DNA of 64,000 bases from an uncultured Clostridia bacterium (GCA_947038565.1 CAMQWP010000004.1:9010-73009), one strand, 5' to 3'; counted from the first letter of the stretch, positions 19,687 through 29,526 are shown. Notes: generated from the letters alone by a model not told the origin. Numbers and translations: made by a program.

Positions 19687-21006
19687 TTATTCTTCAGTGT
19701 CTTCTTCTATATTATCGCTAGCTATTTCAACCTTCGCTACATCGTCCACTTCAGCGGATTGCAATAGTTTTTTCGTTGCGTCATCAGCGTCTATTAATAG
19801 TTGCTTTTTCTTGTTGTAATTCTTTTCCGCTACTAGTAGCAATATCTCACCTACAACCTTATCGCAATTTGGTAATAAGTATTCATTTTGTCTATATGCT
19901 AGATCTCTACAAAACTCTTCATCAGTAATATACTTCGACATGCTTTGCACAAGATCGTCGTTATTATCTCCTAGAAGTGATAATTGATGTGTCGCAAGAT
20001 AATGCGCATTTCGATCTTCTATCCCCTCCGCTCCGCGACAAGTGATAAGTTTTACATTGTGATAAATCGCCTCAAAAGTTATTGTGGCTGTAGGCTTTGC
20101 AATCATGATATCCGCTACCGCATATAACTTACTAAGGTCTTCTACTTGCTCCACTATAAATACATCTCTTTCTCTGCTTTTAGTCTTTGCAAGCATATCC
20201 GTGTATTTAATTAGACCGTCATTTTCGCCAGTGATAAGGATAATATTCATATCATATTGCATCTCTATCAGTGACATAACAGCACTTTTAATTACTTTTC
20301 CGCCATACCTTCCCGACACTAGAACTACATTCATATTATCGTTTTCTATACCAAGCTCTCTTAATACTATTTCTCTTTCATGATTTTTCATAACGTTTCT
20401 GCATATAGGTGTACCAGATACTTTAATCCTACGCTTCTCGACACCATATCCGACTAATCTTTCTTGGATATCATCGTTTTGCACAAAGTAATAATTTGTC
20501 CTATAATCGACAAATCTTGAATCAAGATTATAATCAGTGATCAGTGCAGCAACGCTTAGATTTTTCATACTGCCCTTATGTTTTGCGGTGATAGTATCAT
20601 GAAGTAACTTAGGAGTAGAACACACTACTACATCAGGAGTATACCGAATCAAGATATTGTGTATCCTTCGGTATTTCTCTGTAATATTATAGAAAAACTC
20701 ACCTATTACACCAGTAGCTGGCTTACTAGCTTTTATCTTTTTCTTCTTGCCATTCTTTAATCTTAGCTTGCAAGTCAGTGACCTAACCTTTACATTAAAG
20801 CTATTTATAAAGCCACAACTTCTGCTACTAAGTTTGTATATAAAGAACCCTATCTTGAATTTATTAAAAGAATATAGTTCTTTATCACTAATAGCAACGA
20901 CATAGGCATCTCGATGATTAGTCTCGATGTAATCCTTTATCGCTTTCATGCTAGTGTCATACCTACCCTCGCCGTATAGCAAAAGTATACATTTTTTCTC
21001 TAACAT
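19687..21006 (-). CDS. GT28 / MGDG-synthase-like glycosyltransferase with an acidic C-terminal tail (divergent)
   Basis: The C-terminal half (ADIMIAKPTATITFEAIYHNVKLI) resembles the UgtP/MurG-type nucleotide-sugar site (KPGG.T..E) but is degenerate. The ATG at 21006 overlaps the stop of the U32 gene (TGATG). Confidence 0.45.
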   Translation of the reverse strand: MLEKKCILLLYGEGRYDTSMKAIKDYIETNHRDAYVVAISDKELYSFNKFKIGFFIYKLSSRSCGFINSFNVKVRSLTCKLRLKNGKKKKIKASKPATGVIGEFFYNITEKYRRIHNILIRYTPDVVVCSTPKLLHDTITAKHKGSMKNLSVAALITDYNLDSRFVDYRTNYYFVQNDDIQERLVGYGVEKRRIKVSGTPICRNVMKNHEREIVLRELGIENDNMNVVLVSGRYGGKVIKSAVMSLIEMQYDMNIILITGENDGLIKYTDMLAKTKSRERDVFIVEQVEDLSKLYAVADIMIAKPTATITFEAIYHNVKLITCRGAEGIEDRNAHYLATHQLSLLGDNNDDLVQSMSKYITDEEFCRDLAYRQNEYLLPNCDKVVGEILLLVAEKNYNKKKQLLIDADDATKKLLQSAEVDDVAKVEIASDNIEEDTEE

Positions 21007-22214
21007 CACATCACCTTCTTACGTAAAATATCGTGTTTTTGCAAATGGAAATCAGTTTTTATATATAAAACTTGCTGAACTAGTTTCGCATCATCTATCT
21101 CTTCGCCCAACTCGTTTTGCATGTTTTCAATCAATATCTCACTATTAACGAACTTTTCATCCGCTGATAATATTTCTAGCGTATCACCGATCTTAAATCT
21201 ATTACGTTGCTCGACGATGATACCGCCACGCTCCTCGTCATAACCTCTGACTTCCGCCATAAAGTCATACTCACAAGTAGCCTGAGAGCTTTCTAGATTA
21301 ACCGTATCCGTATCGCCATAATAAAATCCAGTAGTGTAATCACGGTGAGAAGTTTTCAGCAGCTCCATCTCTAGCAAGTCAGGTATCTCTCTGCCTTCAA
21401 GGTAAGCGTCTATAGCTTTCCTATATGCAGCAATAACAGTACCGACATAATACTGAGACTTCATACGCCCTTCTATCTTAAAAGATGTAACGCCTGCTTT
21501 TGCAAGATCACCAACATGTTTTAACATATTTAAATCACGACTATTCATTATATAAGTACCACGCTCGTCCTCTGAAATACTCATAGGACTATCTGGTCTA
21601 TTCACCTCATGGATCTTGTACTCCCACCTACATGCCTGTACACAACCGCCACGATTTCCGTCACGTTTTGTCAAATAATTACTTAGCAAACACCTTCCAC
21701 TATGAGCAATGCACATAGCACCATGAACGAATGCTTCTAGCTCTACTTCGCCTATATGCTCTTTTATCTCTGTTATCTCTGGCACTGAAAGCTCTCTTGC
21801 TAGAACTACACGCGAACAGCCTTGATCAGCCCAAAATTTCACTGAGTATTTATTAGTCGCATTAGCTTGGGTAGATAGATGTATCTCTGTAGTCTTTAGA
21901 ACTTCTCGAGCTACCATGATGATACCAGGGTCTGATACGATAACGGCATCCACTGCGATACTATCTAGATATTGAAGATACTCAGCAAGCCCAGCAAAAT
22001 CTTCGTTATGAGCAACTATGTTGCAAGTAACGTATAACTTTTTGCCTTTACTGTGCACATACTCTACTGCTTCTTTCAGCTGTTCATTGCTAAAATTTTT
22101 CGCACCGCGTCTAAGTCCATAGCTATTGCCACCTACATACACAGCGTCAGCGCCAAAGTGAATGGCAGTCTTAAGTTTGTTTATGTCTCCACATGGAGCT
22201 AATAATTCTATCAT
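21006..22214 (-). CDS. peptidase U32 family protein (TrhP/YrrO-like, tRNA ho5U synthesis)
   Basis: MIELLAPCGD..AI..GADAVY.GG and the Cys-rich core are U32 signatures. ATGA overlap with the upstream O-methyltransferase mirrors B. subtilis yrrM-yrrN-yrrO. Confidence 0.8.
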   Translation of the reverse strand: MIELLAPCGDINKLKTAIHFGADAVYVGGNSYGLRRGAKNFSNEQLKEAVEYVHSKGKKLYVTCNIVAHNEDFAGLAEYLQYLDSIAVDAVIVSDPGIIMVAREVLKTTEIHLSTQANATNKYSVKFWADQGCSRVVLARELSVPEITEIKEHIGEVELEAFVHGAMCIAHSGRCLLSNYLTKRDGNRGGCVQACRWEYKIHEVNRPDSPMSISEDERGTYIMNSRDLNMLKHVGDLAKAGVTSFKIEGRMKSQYYVGTVIAAYRKAIDAYLEGREIPDLLEMELLKTSHRDYTTGFYYGDTDTVNLESSQATCEYDFMAEVRGYDEERGGIIVEQRNRFKIGDTLEILSADEKFVNSEILIENMQNELGEEIDDAKLVQQVLYIKTDFHLQKHDILRKKVM

Positions 22215-22912
22215 TTAATCACCTTTATTATCGCAATACCGTCGCCTTTACTCATTACATTAGACTGGTATTTTGGTTCATTCTGTATTCTTTCTAAAAA
22301 GCACCTCATGCCGACTATAATAGTTCTAAACTTGTGCGGTGGACGTTTTCCATTCATTACCATACCCCTAAAGTGTACGTTATCACAAAAAACATATCCT
22401 CCTGCTACGATATTATTTTCTACCATATCAAGATACTGTCCGTACTTACTCTTAGGTCCATCAAGGAAAACTATATCATAATAATTACCTTTAATGATCT
22501 CTGGTATAAGCTCATAAGCATCACCTAAAAAACTATTAACTCTCGACAACACACCAAACTTACTAAAGTTTACTAGTGCTTCGTCACGCCTTGCGGGCAT
22601 AAGTTCTACAGTATCAAGAATGCAATCTGGCGAGTTAAGTAGCATAATACTACCGCTATAGCCTATTGCCGTGCCTATCTCTAATATCCTAGTAGGTTTA
22701 ACCTCATCAATAAGTTTGATAAGCTCGTCTAGCGAATCACCGAGTATTATCGGTACATATCTCTCTCTAGCACTTACTTCAATCCTTGCGAATTCTTCCG
22801 CTTGTTCTACAGTGCCTAGATTAATTTCGTGTTTGACGTCATTTATAATACCCATATTGTTATACGAATTATTAATAGATGGCTCTAGCTCTTTTAGTAA
22901 ATTTTCCATCAT
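22211..22912 (-). CDS. class I SAM-dependent O-methyltransferase (TrmR/YrrM-like)
   Basis: ILEIGTAIGYS (SAM motif I) and DIVFLD.PK fit Methyltransf_3. The start could be 22912 or 22909. Confidence 0.75.
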   Translation of the reverse strand: MMENLLKELEPSINNSYNNMGIINDVKHEINLGTVEQAEEFARIEVSARERYVPIILGDSLDELIKLIDEVKPTRILEIGTAIGYSGSIMLLNSPDCILDTVELMPARRDEALVNFSKFGVLSRVNSFLGDAYELIPEIIKGNYYDIVFLDGPKSKYGQYLDMVENNIVAGGYVFCDNVHFRGMVMNGKRPPHKFRTIIVGMRCFLERIQNEPKYQSNVMSKGDGIAIIKVIK

Positions 22913-22930
22913 AACCTCTAAATCAATTTA

Positions 22931-24574
22931 TTAAATTTCCATTATAATAGGTAATATCATTGGTCTTTGTTTTAATCTATTCTTAATAGTGTTATTCAAA
23001 ATACGTCTAATCTTTGCCTTTAAACTTCCTCTATCGGCAGAGCCTCTGTAGCTGAAGTCATCGAACAAGTCCATGATAGCACTACGCATTTCTTCTATTA
23101 ATTCTTCGTTGAATTGTAGACCTCTTGCGATGATCTCTGGTGGAGATGCAAGCGTCTTTAGATCAAGAGAGATACCCAACATAACTACTACAAATCCATC
23201 TTTTGATAATTGTGTTCTATCACGTAATACTACGTCATCAACGTCCATCAAACCATCAACATATACTTTACCTGCTTGGACATGTTCTAGTGGGATTAAC
23301 TTATTCTGTTTGATCTCAACTCGAGAGCCTATTTCGCATATCATAGTGTTATTTGCATTTACGCCTAGATTAATAGCAAGCTCTTGATGTTGTTTTAAAT
23401 GTCTGTACTCGCCATGCACTGGGATAAAGAACTTAGGTCTAATAAGTGATAACATTAATTTCAACTCTTCTTTGCAAGCATGACCTGACACGTGTAAGTC
23501 ACCTAATGAGCCGTATATAACTTTTGCACCACGCTTGTATAAGTTATTTATTACATTATATACATGCTTCTCGTTTCCAGGGATAGGAGAAGAAGATAAA
23601 ATGATTACATCACGGCTACCAACGCTGATTTTATCATCACCGCTAGCCATACGAGTAAGTGCACTCATTGGCTCGCCTTGAGATCCAGTAGATATAATAC
23701 ATAGTTTCTTTGGATTATATTTATTCATCTCATCAGCTTCAATGACAGTACCATCTTTATAATTTAACTCGCCAATTTGCTTTGCTAGATCAGATACTTT
23801 CAGCATACTTCTGCCGTTGAATACTACCTTACGTCCGTACTTCTCGCACATGTTTATTATCTGTTGCTGTCTGTGAACATTACTTGCAAAAGTAGCTATG
23901 ATTAATCGTTCTTCAATATTCTCAGCAAATAGCTTATCGAATGTAAGTCCGACAGCACTCTCGCTCATAGAATATCCGCTCTTCTCTATATTTGTACTCT
24001 CGCCCAGCATTAGCAATACGCCTTCGTCGCCAAGTGATGCAAACCTTGCTAGGTTAGCCCTGTCACCGTCGATAGGAGTAAAGTCTATTTTGTAATCTCC
24101 AGTATGGAAAATTACACCTACAGGAGTAGTTACTGCAAGAGCAAACGCACCAGAAATAGAGTGTGACTGCTTGATAAATTCCACAGTGAATACACCTATT
24201 TTCTCGCGACAACCGTCAGCAACGGCAACGCACTTAGGCATTTTCTGTCGTCCCTCAGTTAGCTTGTGCTCTAGTAATGCAAGAGTAAGCGTAGAGCCGT
24301 ACACCTTAACATTAGGAAGTTCCTTTAGTAAGAACGGCATAGCACCGATATGATCCTCGTGACCATGAGTCAGTAATATTGCGCGTACTTTGTCTTTGTT
24401 CTCCAACACATAGTTAAAGTCAGGTATGACAAGGTCTATACCTGGAGTTTCGCTTGATGGAAATGTAGATCCACAGTCTATAATGAATATGTTATCACCG
24501 TACTCTATTGCGGTCATATTCTTACCGATCTCACCTACGCCTCCTAAGAAAGCTATTTTTAATTGTTTAGCCAT
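22931..24574 (-). CDS. rnj: ribonuclease J
   Basis: LTHGHEDHIG metallo-beta-lactamase motif, a beta-CASP region and an RNase J C-terminal domain. RBS is GGAGGA. Confidence 0.92.
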   Translation of the reverse strand: MAKQLKIAFLGGVGEIGKNMTAIEYGDNIFIIDCGSTFPSSETPGIDLVIPDFNYVLENKDKVRAILLTHGHEDHIGAMPFLLKELPNVKVYGSTLTLALLEHKLTEGRQKMPKCVAVADGCREKIGVFTVEFIKQSHSISGAFALAVTTPVGVIFHTGDYKIDFTPIDGDRANLARFASLGDEGVLLMLGESTNIEKSGYSMSESAVGLTFDKLFAENIEERLIIATFASNVHRQQQIINMCEKYGRKVVFNGRSMLKVSDLAKQIGELNYKDGTVIEADEMNKYNPKKLCIISTGSQGEPMSALTRMASGDDKISVGSRDVIILSSSPIPGNEKHVYNVINNLYKRGAKVIYGSLGDLHVSGHACKEELKLMLSLIRPKFFIPVHGEYRHLKQHQELAINLGVNANNTMICEIGSRVEIKQNKLIPLEHVQAGKVYVDGLMDVDDVVLRDRTQLSKDGFVVVMLGISLDLKTLASPPEIIARGLQFNEELIEEMRSAIMDLFDDFSYRGSADRGSLKAKIRRILNNTIKNRLKQRPMILPIIMEI

Positions 24575-24843
24575 TAATCCTCCTCGATTAAAAAGTAAAT
24601 TTATACCATTAAATTATTTTAAATATTAAATACCATAAAGATATTCTCAGCCCACCTTTACAAACGCACTAGATTTTTTGCGTACTTAGGCGGACTAGCC
24701 TTATGATAGCATACATATATTCTTATTCTAACATGATTATGTATATAATGTCAATAATAATACCCCCATATAGATTAAATAATAATATATAATTAAATTT
24801 TTTATATTTAATTTATAAATATTCATTTATTTCTCTATAGACC

Positions 24844-24872
24844 TTGCATTTATTCGTTTGATAATGTATAAT
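24844..24872 (+). promoter_or_regulatory. sigma-A-type promoter for the decarboxylase-tmk-holB-ricT operon
   Basis: TTGCAT, 17 nt, TATAAT, with an extended TG. Confidence 0.5.
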
Positions 24873-24904
24873 GTATCATGAGTATGGTACGTGGAGGAAT
24901 GTTT

Positions 24905-26158
24905 ATGACTAATAGTTTATCGGGCGTAATAAAAGATTATGCAAATAGTAACGCTATTAGATTTCATATGCCCGGTCATAATGGATCCGATATCAAGATA
25001 GATACTAGCATGGATATTACAGAGCTTTCTTTCTCTGATAATTTAATTTCAGCAACTGGCATTATTTCAGATACTGAGAAGCTAATTGCATCAGCTTATA
25101 ATATGAATTATGCACTTATGCTAACATCGGGTGCTACTAGTGGCATTGCTATTGCTATGTACTGTGCAAGCCTATTTGGCAGTAATGTTGCAATAGTTGG
25201 CAATGCGCACAAATCAGTATATAATTATGCAAATATTTTCGCACTAAAAACGCATAATATTAATTGCGAAAAAGAGCTAGAAAAGTTACAAGATTTATCT
25301 GCCGTAATCATAACCTCTCCAGACTACTTTGGCATGGTGACTGATTATTCAAAATACAAGGGCAAACATCTACTTATAATAGACCAATCGCATGGTGCAC
25401 ATTTTGCTTTTTCAAGCAAACTTCCTGACATAAGTTCTGATGCTGACATACTTATCACTTCATGGCACAAAACACTTCCAGTACTGACAGGCGGAGCGGT
25501 AATGACATGTAACAATGATGATATATATACTAAGCTATTATTAGGTAGAAATATCTTACACTCTTCTAGTCCTAACTACATGATTATGTCAAGCATTGAT
25601 AACTGCGTAAGGGGCATGATAAATAACGGAGAAATCTTATACGAAAACGCAATAAATGCTATAAATATTTTTAAAAATAATTTACCTTCACGTTATGAAT
25701 ACTTACCCGTTTCTGACCCAACTAGGTTAGTTATTAGTCTAAAAGGTGTAAACGCTAGCAGTTTAGCAAGTATTTTAGAGAAATACAATATATTTTTAGA
25801 GATGAGTTATTTAGATAAATTAGTCGCAATAATCACTCCATATAATTATCAGCATTTACCGAAGTTTTTGCAAGTTTTAGCAAGTATTAATCTGCAAGAA
25901 AATAGTTTTTTTGATCTTGATTTTGATCTTGTTATTGCATATAATTACGATGAGAGAAAATCAAGACTTATGCATCTTAATGATTGTTGCGGTATGGTGT
26001 GTATGACTAGCATAGGAGTATACCCTCCGGGCGTACCAATAATCAACAAAGGACAAGTTATAAACGCGAAATTAATAACGTTTTTAACAGAAAATATAAA
26101 CGACATTTTTGGACTAATCACGGGCAAAATTTTTGCTACAGATAATACTAAGGAGTAG
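24905..26158 (+). CDS. Orn/Lys/Arg decarboxylase-family PLP enzyme (YaaO-like)
   Basis: HMPGH.G and S.HKTLP (PLP lysine) motifs. Start set at ATG 24905, 7 nt after GGAGGA. The earlier ATGs lie too close to the promoter and RBS. Confidence 0.75.
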   Translation: MTNSLSGVIKDYANSNAIRFHMPGHNGSDIKIDTSMDITELSFSDNLISATGIISDTEKLIASAYNMNYALMLTSGATSGIAIAMYCASLFGSNVAIVGNAHKSVYNYANIFALKTHNINCEKELEKLQDLSAVIITSPDYFGMVTDYSKYKGKHLLIIDQSHGAHFAFSSKLPDISSDADILITSWHKTLPVLTGGAVMTCNNDDIYTKLLLGRNILHSSSPNYMIMSSIDNCVRGMINNGEILYENAINAINIFKNNLPSRYEYLPVSDPTRLVISLKGVNASSLASILEKYNIFLEMSYLDKLVAIITPYNYQHLPKFLQVLASINLQENSFFDLDFDLVIAYNYDERKSRLMHLNDCCGMVCMTSIGVYPPGVPIINKGQVINAKLITFLTENINDIFGLITGKIFATDNTKE

Positions 26159-26161
26159 GAT

Positions 26162-26791
26162 ATGATCAAAGGAAAATTTATAACTTTTGAAGGCTGTGAA
26201 GGAGTAGGTAAATCTACTCAAATACGTATGCTTAAAGAGTATCTAAAAACCACTAATCAAGAAGCAATATTCATACGCGAGCCGGGCGGAAATAGCATAA
26301 GCGAAAAGATCAGAGAGCTAATACTAGACCCTGCAAATTCTAGCATGACTAGCATGTGCGAAGCTATGCTCTACTCATCAGCAAGATCACAGCTAATAGA
26401 GCAAGTCATTGCTCCCGCACTCGACAATGGTACTACCGTTATATGCGATAGATTTATAGACAGTACTATTGCTTATCAAGGCTATGCAAGAGGTTTGGGT
26501 GTGCAAAAAATTAAGCTAATGAACGAGCTTGTATGCGGTGATTATATGCCTGATCTTACTATATTCCTCGACCTTCCTCCTAGCGATTCATTTAAGAGAA
26601 AAGGCGGACATGATAAGTCGGATAGAATGGAATTAGAGTCTATCGAATTCCATAATGATGTATACTCTGGATATATTGAGGCTACTAAGTTATACCCAAC
26701 TCGAATAGTACGCATATCACCTAGAGGCTCAAAGAGCGATACAGCATCAGCAATAATTAAGACATTGCAAGCTAGAGGGCTTATACAATGA
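26162..26791 (+). CDS. tmk: dTMP kinase
   Basis: FITFEG.EG.GKST P-loop and DRF..S..AYQG motif. Confidence 0.92.
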   Translation: MIKGKFITFEGCEGVGKSTQIRMLKEYLKTTNQEAIFIREPGGNSISEKIRELILDPANSSMTSMCEAMLYSSARSQLIEQVIAPALDNGTTVICDRFIDSTIAYQGYARGLGVQKIKLMNELVCGDYMPDLTIFLDLPPSDSFKRKGGHDKSDRMELESIEFHNDVYSGYIEATKLYPTRIVRISPRGSKSDTASAIIKTLQARGLIQ

Positions 26792-27732
26792 TAAAATATA
26801 ACGACAGAATCAAACAGTCTAAAAGTTTTGATTTGATACTAAAAGACGTCAATAGCAATTCTCTTGCTCACAGTTATATGATCATTTCCGAGGATAAGGA
26901 TACTCTATATAACTACATTAAGATCATGTCACAAGTCATATATTGCGACACTCGCACTGCTTGCGGAAAGTGCAACAACTGTATAAAAATCGACTCAGAT
27001 AATCATACTAATATCACCACTCTTAGAAGTGATGACAGTATAAAAGTTGATGATATCAAGACTCTAGTAAATCATACTTATATGTCGGCTATGCAAGATG
27101 GCGTTAAGCTGTATATCATCGCTGATGGCGAGAAAATGAATGAATCTAGCCAAAATAAATTATTAAAAACACTAGAAGAACCTAGCCGTAATGTGGTCAT
27201 ATTAATAGGAACTACGAACGAAAATAGCATGCTACAGACGATAAAATCTAGGTGCAAGAAAATACATTTATCAGTATGGAATGACAATACTATAAGCATG
27301 GAGCTATCTAAAGTATCCACAGACAGTGAGCTTATCAGTCTTGCAAGCAAGTTTAGTACTGGAAGTATTACAAGGGCTATGTCAATCTTATCCGATGAGA
27401 CATGGCGTATTAAATATAACAACATATTATCAGTGCTTAATGACTTTAAAGGCTCAGCTAATCTAGCAAAGTTCCAAAATATTTTCGGTACTGATAAGGA
27501 GCAAGTTGTAGCACATTTAAATGTTTTCGAGGGAGTTATAAGCTCACTTATTAAATCAATTTCTAAAGGTACAGACACAGAGTTATCTGGCAAATATAGT
27601 ATCGGTACTCTTGCAAATATATATGACATTATCATAGACGCCTACAAGCGTATAAATAGCAATTGCAACATATCAAGTGTTGTATACAACCTGCTACTAC
27701 AAATAGCAGAAACAAAATACAAGCTAGCATAA
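26788..27732 (+). CDS. holB: DNA polymerase III subunit delta'
   Basis: HSYMI...C..C.NC zinc module and a KLLKTLEEP motif. ATGA overlap with tmk. Confidence 0.8.
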   Translation: MIKYNDRIKQSKSFDLILKDVNSNSLAHSYMIISEDKDTLYNYIKIMSQVIYCDTRTACGKCNNCIKIDSDNHTNITTLRSDDSIKVDDIKTLVNHTYMSAMQDGVKLYIIADGEKMNESSQNKLLKTLEEPSRNVVILIGTTNENSMLQTIKSRCKKIHLSVWNDNTISMELSKVSTDSELISLASKFSTGSITRAMSILSDETWRIKYNNILSVLNDFKGSANLAKFQNIFGTDKEQVVAHLNVFEGVISSLIKSISKGTDTELSGKYSIGTLANIYDIIIDAYKRINSNCNISSVVYNLLLQIAETKYKLA

Positions 27733-27741
27733 GGAGGAAAT

Positions 27742-28710
27742 ATGCAAGAAGTTATAGGCGTGAAGTTTAGTTCCGCTACTAAAGTATATTATTTTAGTCC
27801 TAAAGGCATTATGTTTAATGATGGTGACGGAGTAATCGTCGAGACATCTAGAGGTACAGAATTTGGAACTGTTGCCAGTGCAAATCACGAGGTACAAGAT
27901 AGCGATATCGTTGCTACTCTAAAGCCAGTGATAAGACGAGCAACAGACAGAGATTTGAGGCAAAACGCTGATAATCAATCTAAGAAAGCATGGGCTTTCA
28001 AGATGTGTCACGAAAAGATCGCTAGTCGCAAACTTGACATGAAGCTGATCGATGCAGAATACACTTTTGATAAGACTAAAGCGATATTTACTTTCACTAG
28101 CGAGGGAAGAATTGACTTCCGCGACCTAGTAAGAGACCTTGCTAGTTTGCTAAAAACACGTATAGAAATGCGTCAAATATATGAACGTGATGATATAAAA
28201 ATGCGTGGTGCATTAGCGTCATGCGGTAGAGTTTGCTGTTGTCATAACCACTTGCAAGACTTCGAAAAAGTAAGCATCAAGATGGCAAAAAACCAGAACT
28301 TATCACTTAACCCACAAAAAATAAGCGGTGTTTGCGGCAAGTTAATGTGTTGTTTAAAGTACGAAAACGATTACTATGTAGAGACAAATAAGCTTATGCC
28401 AAAGCTAGGTAGTTTTGTAAAGACTCCACTAGGACTAGGTCGAGTAGATAATCACGACGTGCTTAAAAGACGTATCAAGGCAAAAGTAGAGCTTGAAGAC
28501 GGATCATATACTTACAAAGATTTTAGCATTACTGAGCTAGAAAAAGCAGATATGCCAGATTCTTATGATAATAACATACGTCGTGAAAACACAGCAAGAG
28601 TTTCGAAAGACAAAAATTCTACTGGCGATAACAGAAATAATAATACACCAAAATCGGATAATTCAAAGGTCAATCCAATTATAGCAAATGATGCTGAAAA
28701 GAATGACTAA
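27742..28710 (+). CDS. ricT: PSP1-domain protein RicT/YaaT (stage 0 sporulation protein)
   Basis: VIGV.F....YYF and a Cys-rich CGRVCCC...CGKLMCCL PSP1 core, plus a low-complexity tail of about 60 aa. Confidence 0.85.
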   Translation: MQEVIGVKFSSATKVYYFSPKGIMFNDGDGVIVETSRGTEFGTVASANHEVQDSDIVATLKPVIRRATDRDLRQNADNQSKKAWAFKMCHEKIASRKLDMKLIDAEYTFDKTKAIFTFTSEGRIDFRDLVRDLASLLKTRIEMRQIYERDDIKMRGALASCGRVCCCHNHLQDFEKVSIKMAKNQNLSLNPQKISGVCGKLMCCLKYENDYYVETNKLMPKLGSFVKTPLGLGRVDNHDVLKRRIKAKVELEDGSYTYKDFSITELEKADMPDSYDNNIRRENTARVSKDKNSTGDNRNNNTPKSDNSKVNPIIANDAEKND

Positions 28711-29440
28711 TACTACCACTATCGAGTTACCATCTAATATGACTACTGCTATATTAGACACTTTTATACATGATGGGGAGCGATTAGACGACCTTGAATT
28801 TAACGGCATGAGCATTATATCTCATAAAGAAAAATACTGCTTTACTTCCGATTCGGTCATGCTAGCAAATCTAGTCAAGGCTGGTTGTCGCGATACTGTA
28901 GTAGACCTATGTACTGGCGGAGGGATTATTGCTCTGCTTATTGCTGCCAAAACTAACGCTAATAAAGTATATGGAATTGAAATACAACAAGATATGGCGG
29001 ATATGGCGGATCGAAGTGTACAGCTAAATAATCTTACTGAAAAAATCAGCATAATCAATGCTGATGTAATAGGAATAAGTAAATTATTAGGTCATGGAAG
29101 TGCTGATATTATAGTATGTAATCCACCCTACTACAAAACTAGCGAAGGCGTGTCAAGACTGAATAAGTGCATAGCAATAGCAAGGCACGAGATATTATTA
29201 CCTCTTCAAGAGATGATAAAGAGTGCAAGTGAATTATTAAAATATGGCGGAGCATTTTACATGGTGCATAAATCTGAACGACTTGCCGAGGCAATAGTTT
29301 TATTATCCAAGCACACACTGGAGCCGAAGATATTATATAATATCACTACTGGCACTAGCGATATTGCTGATACATTTATAGTAGTGTGCAAAAAAGGTGC
29401 AAAAACTGGGATTAAAGTACACAACATACAGCATATTTAG
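28688..29440 (+). CDS. tRNA (adenine-N6)-methyltransferase-like SAM enzyme (YabB/TrmN6-like)
   Basis: DLCTGGG and VCNPPYY (NPPY) motifs. The exact start is uncertain; the ORF overlaps the ricT tail by 23 nt. Confidence 0.75.
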   Translation: MMLKRMTNTTTIELPSNMTTAILDTFIHDGERLDDLEFNGMSIISHKEKYCFTSDSVMLANLVKAGCRDTVVDLCTGGGIIALLIAAKTNANKVYGIEIQQDMADMADRSVQLNNLTEKISIINADVIGISKLLGHGSADIIVCNPPYYKTSEGVSRLNKCIAIARHEILLPLQEMIKSASELLKYGGAFYMVHKSERLAEAIVLLSKHTLEPKILYNITTGTSDIADTFIVVCKKGAKTGIKVHNIQHI

Positions 29441-29475
29441 AATATTAAAAGTCGAATTTAATTAAATAGAATAAT

Positions 29476-29515
29476 AAAAAGGATGGTATCAAAACTGATA
29501 CCATCCTTATTTTAT
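29476..29515. terminator. bidirectional terminator (trmN6-like gene / uppP)
   Basis: AGGATGGTATC-aaaact-GATACCATCCT, flanked by A- and T-runs. Confidence 0.75.
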
Positions 29516-29526
29516 TAAAATATACT

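Noticed and set aside
27078-27635. Long antisense ORFs listed in the ORF track. Examples: 185 aa opposite holB, 152 aa at 6568-7026 opposite the SulP gene, 148 aa at 11332-11778 opposite carB, 129 aa at 14813-15202 opposite pyrC, 130 aa at 31188-31580 opposite the GNAT gene.
   Set aside because: Each lies wholly inside a confidently recognised gene on the other strand. They have no RBS. Their composition is low-complexity and Ser/Ile/Leu-rich, typical of shadow frames in AT-rich DNA.
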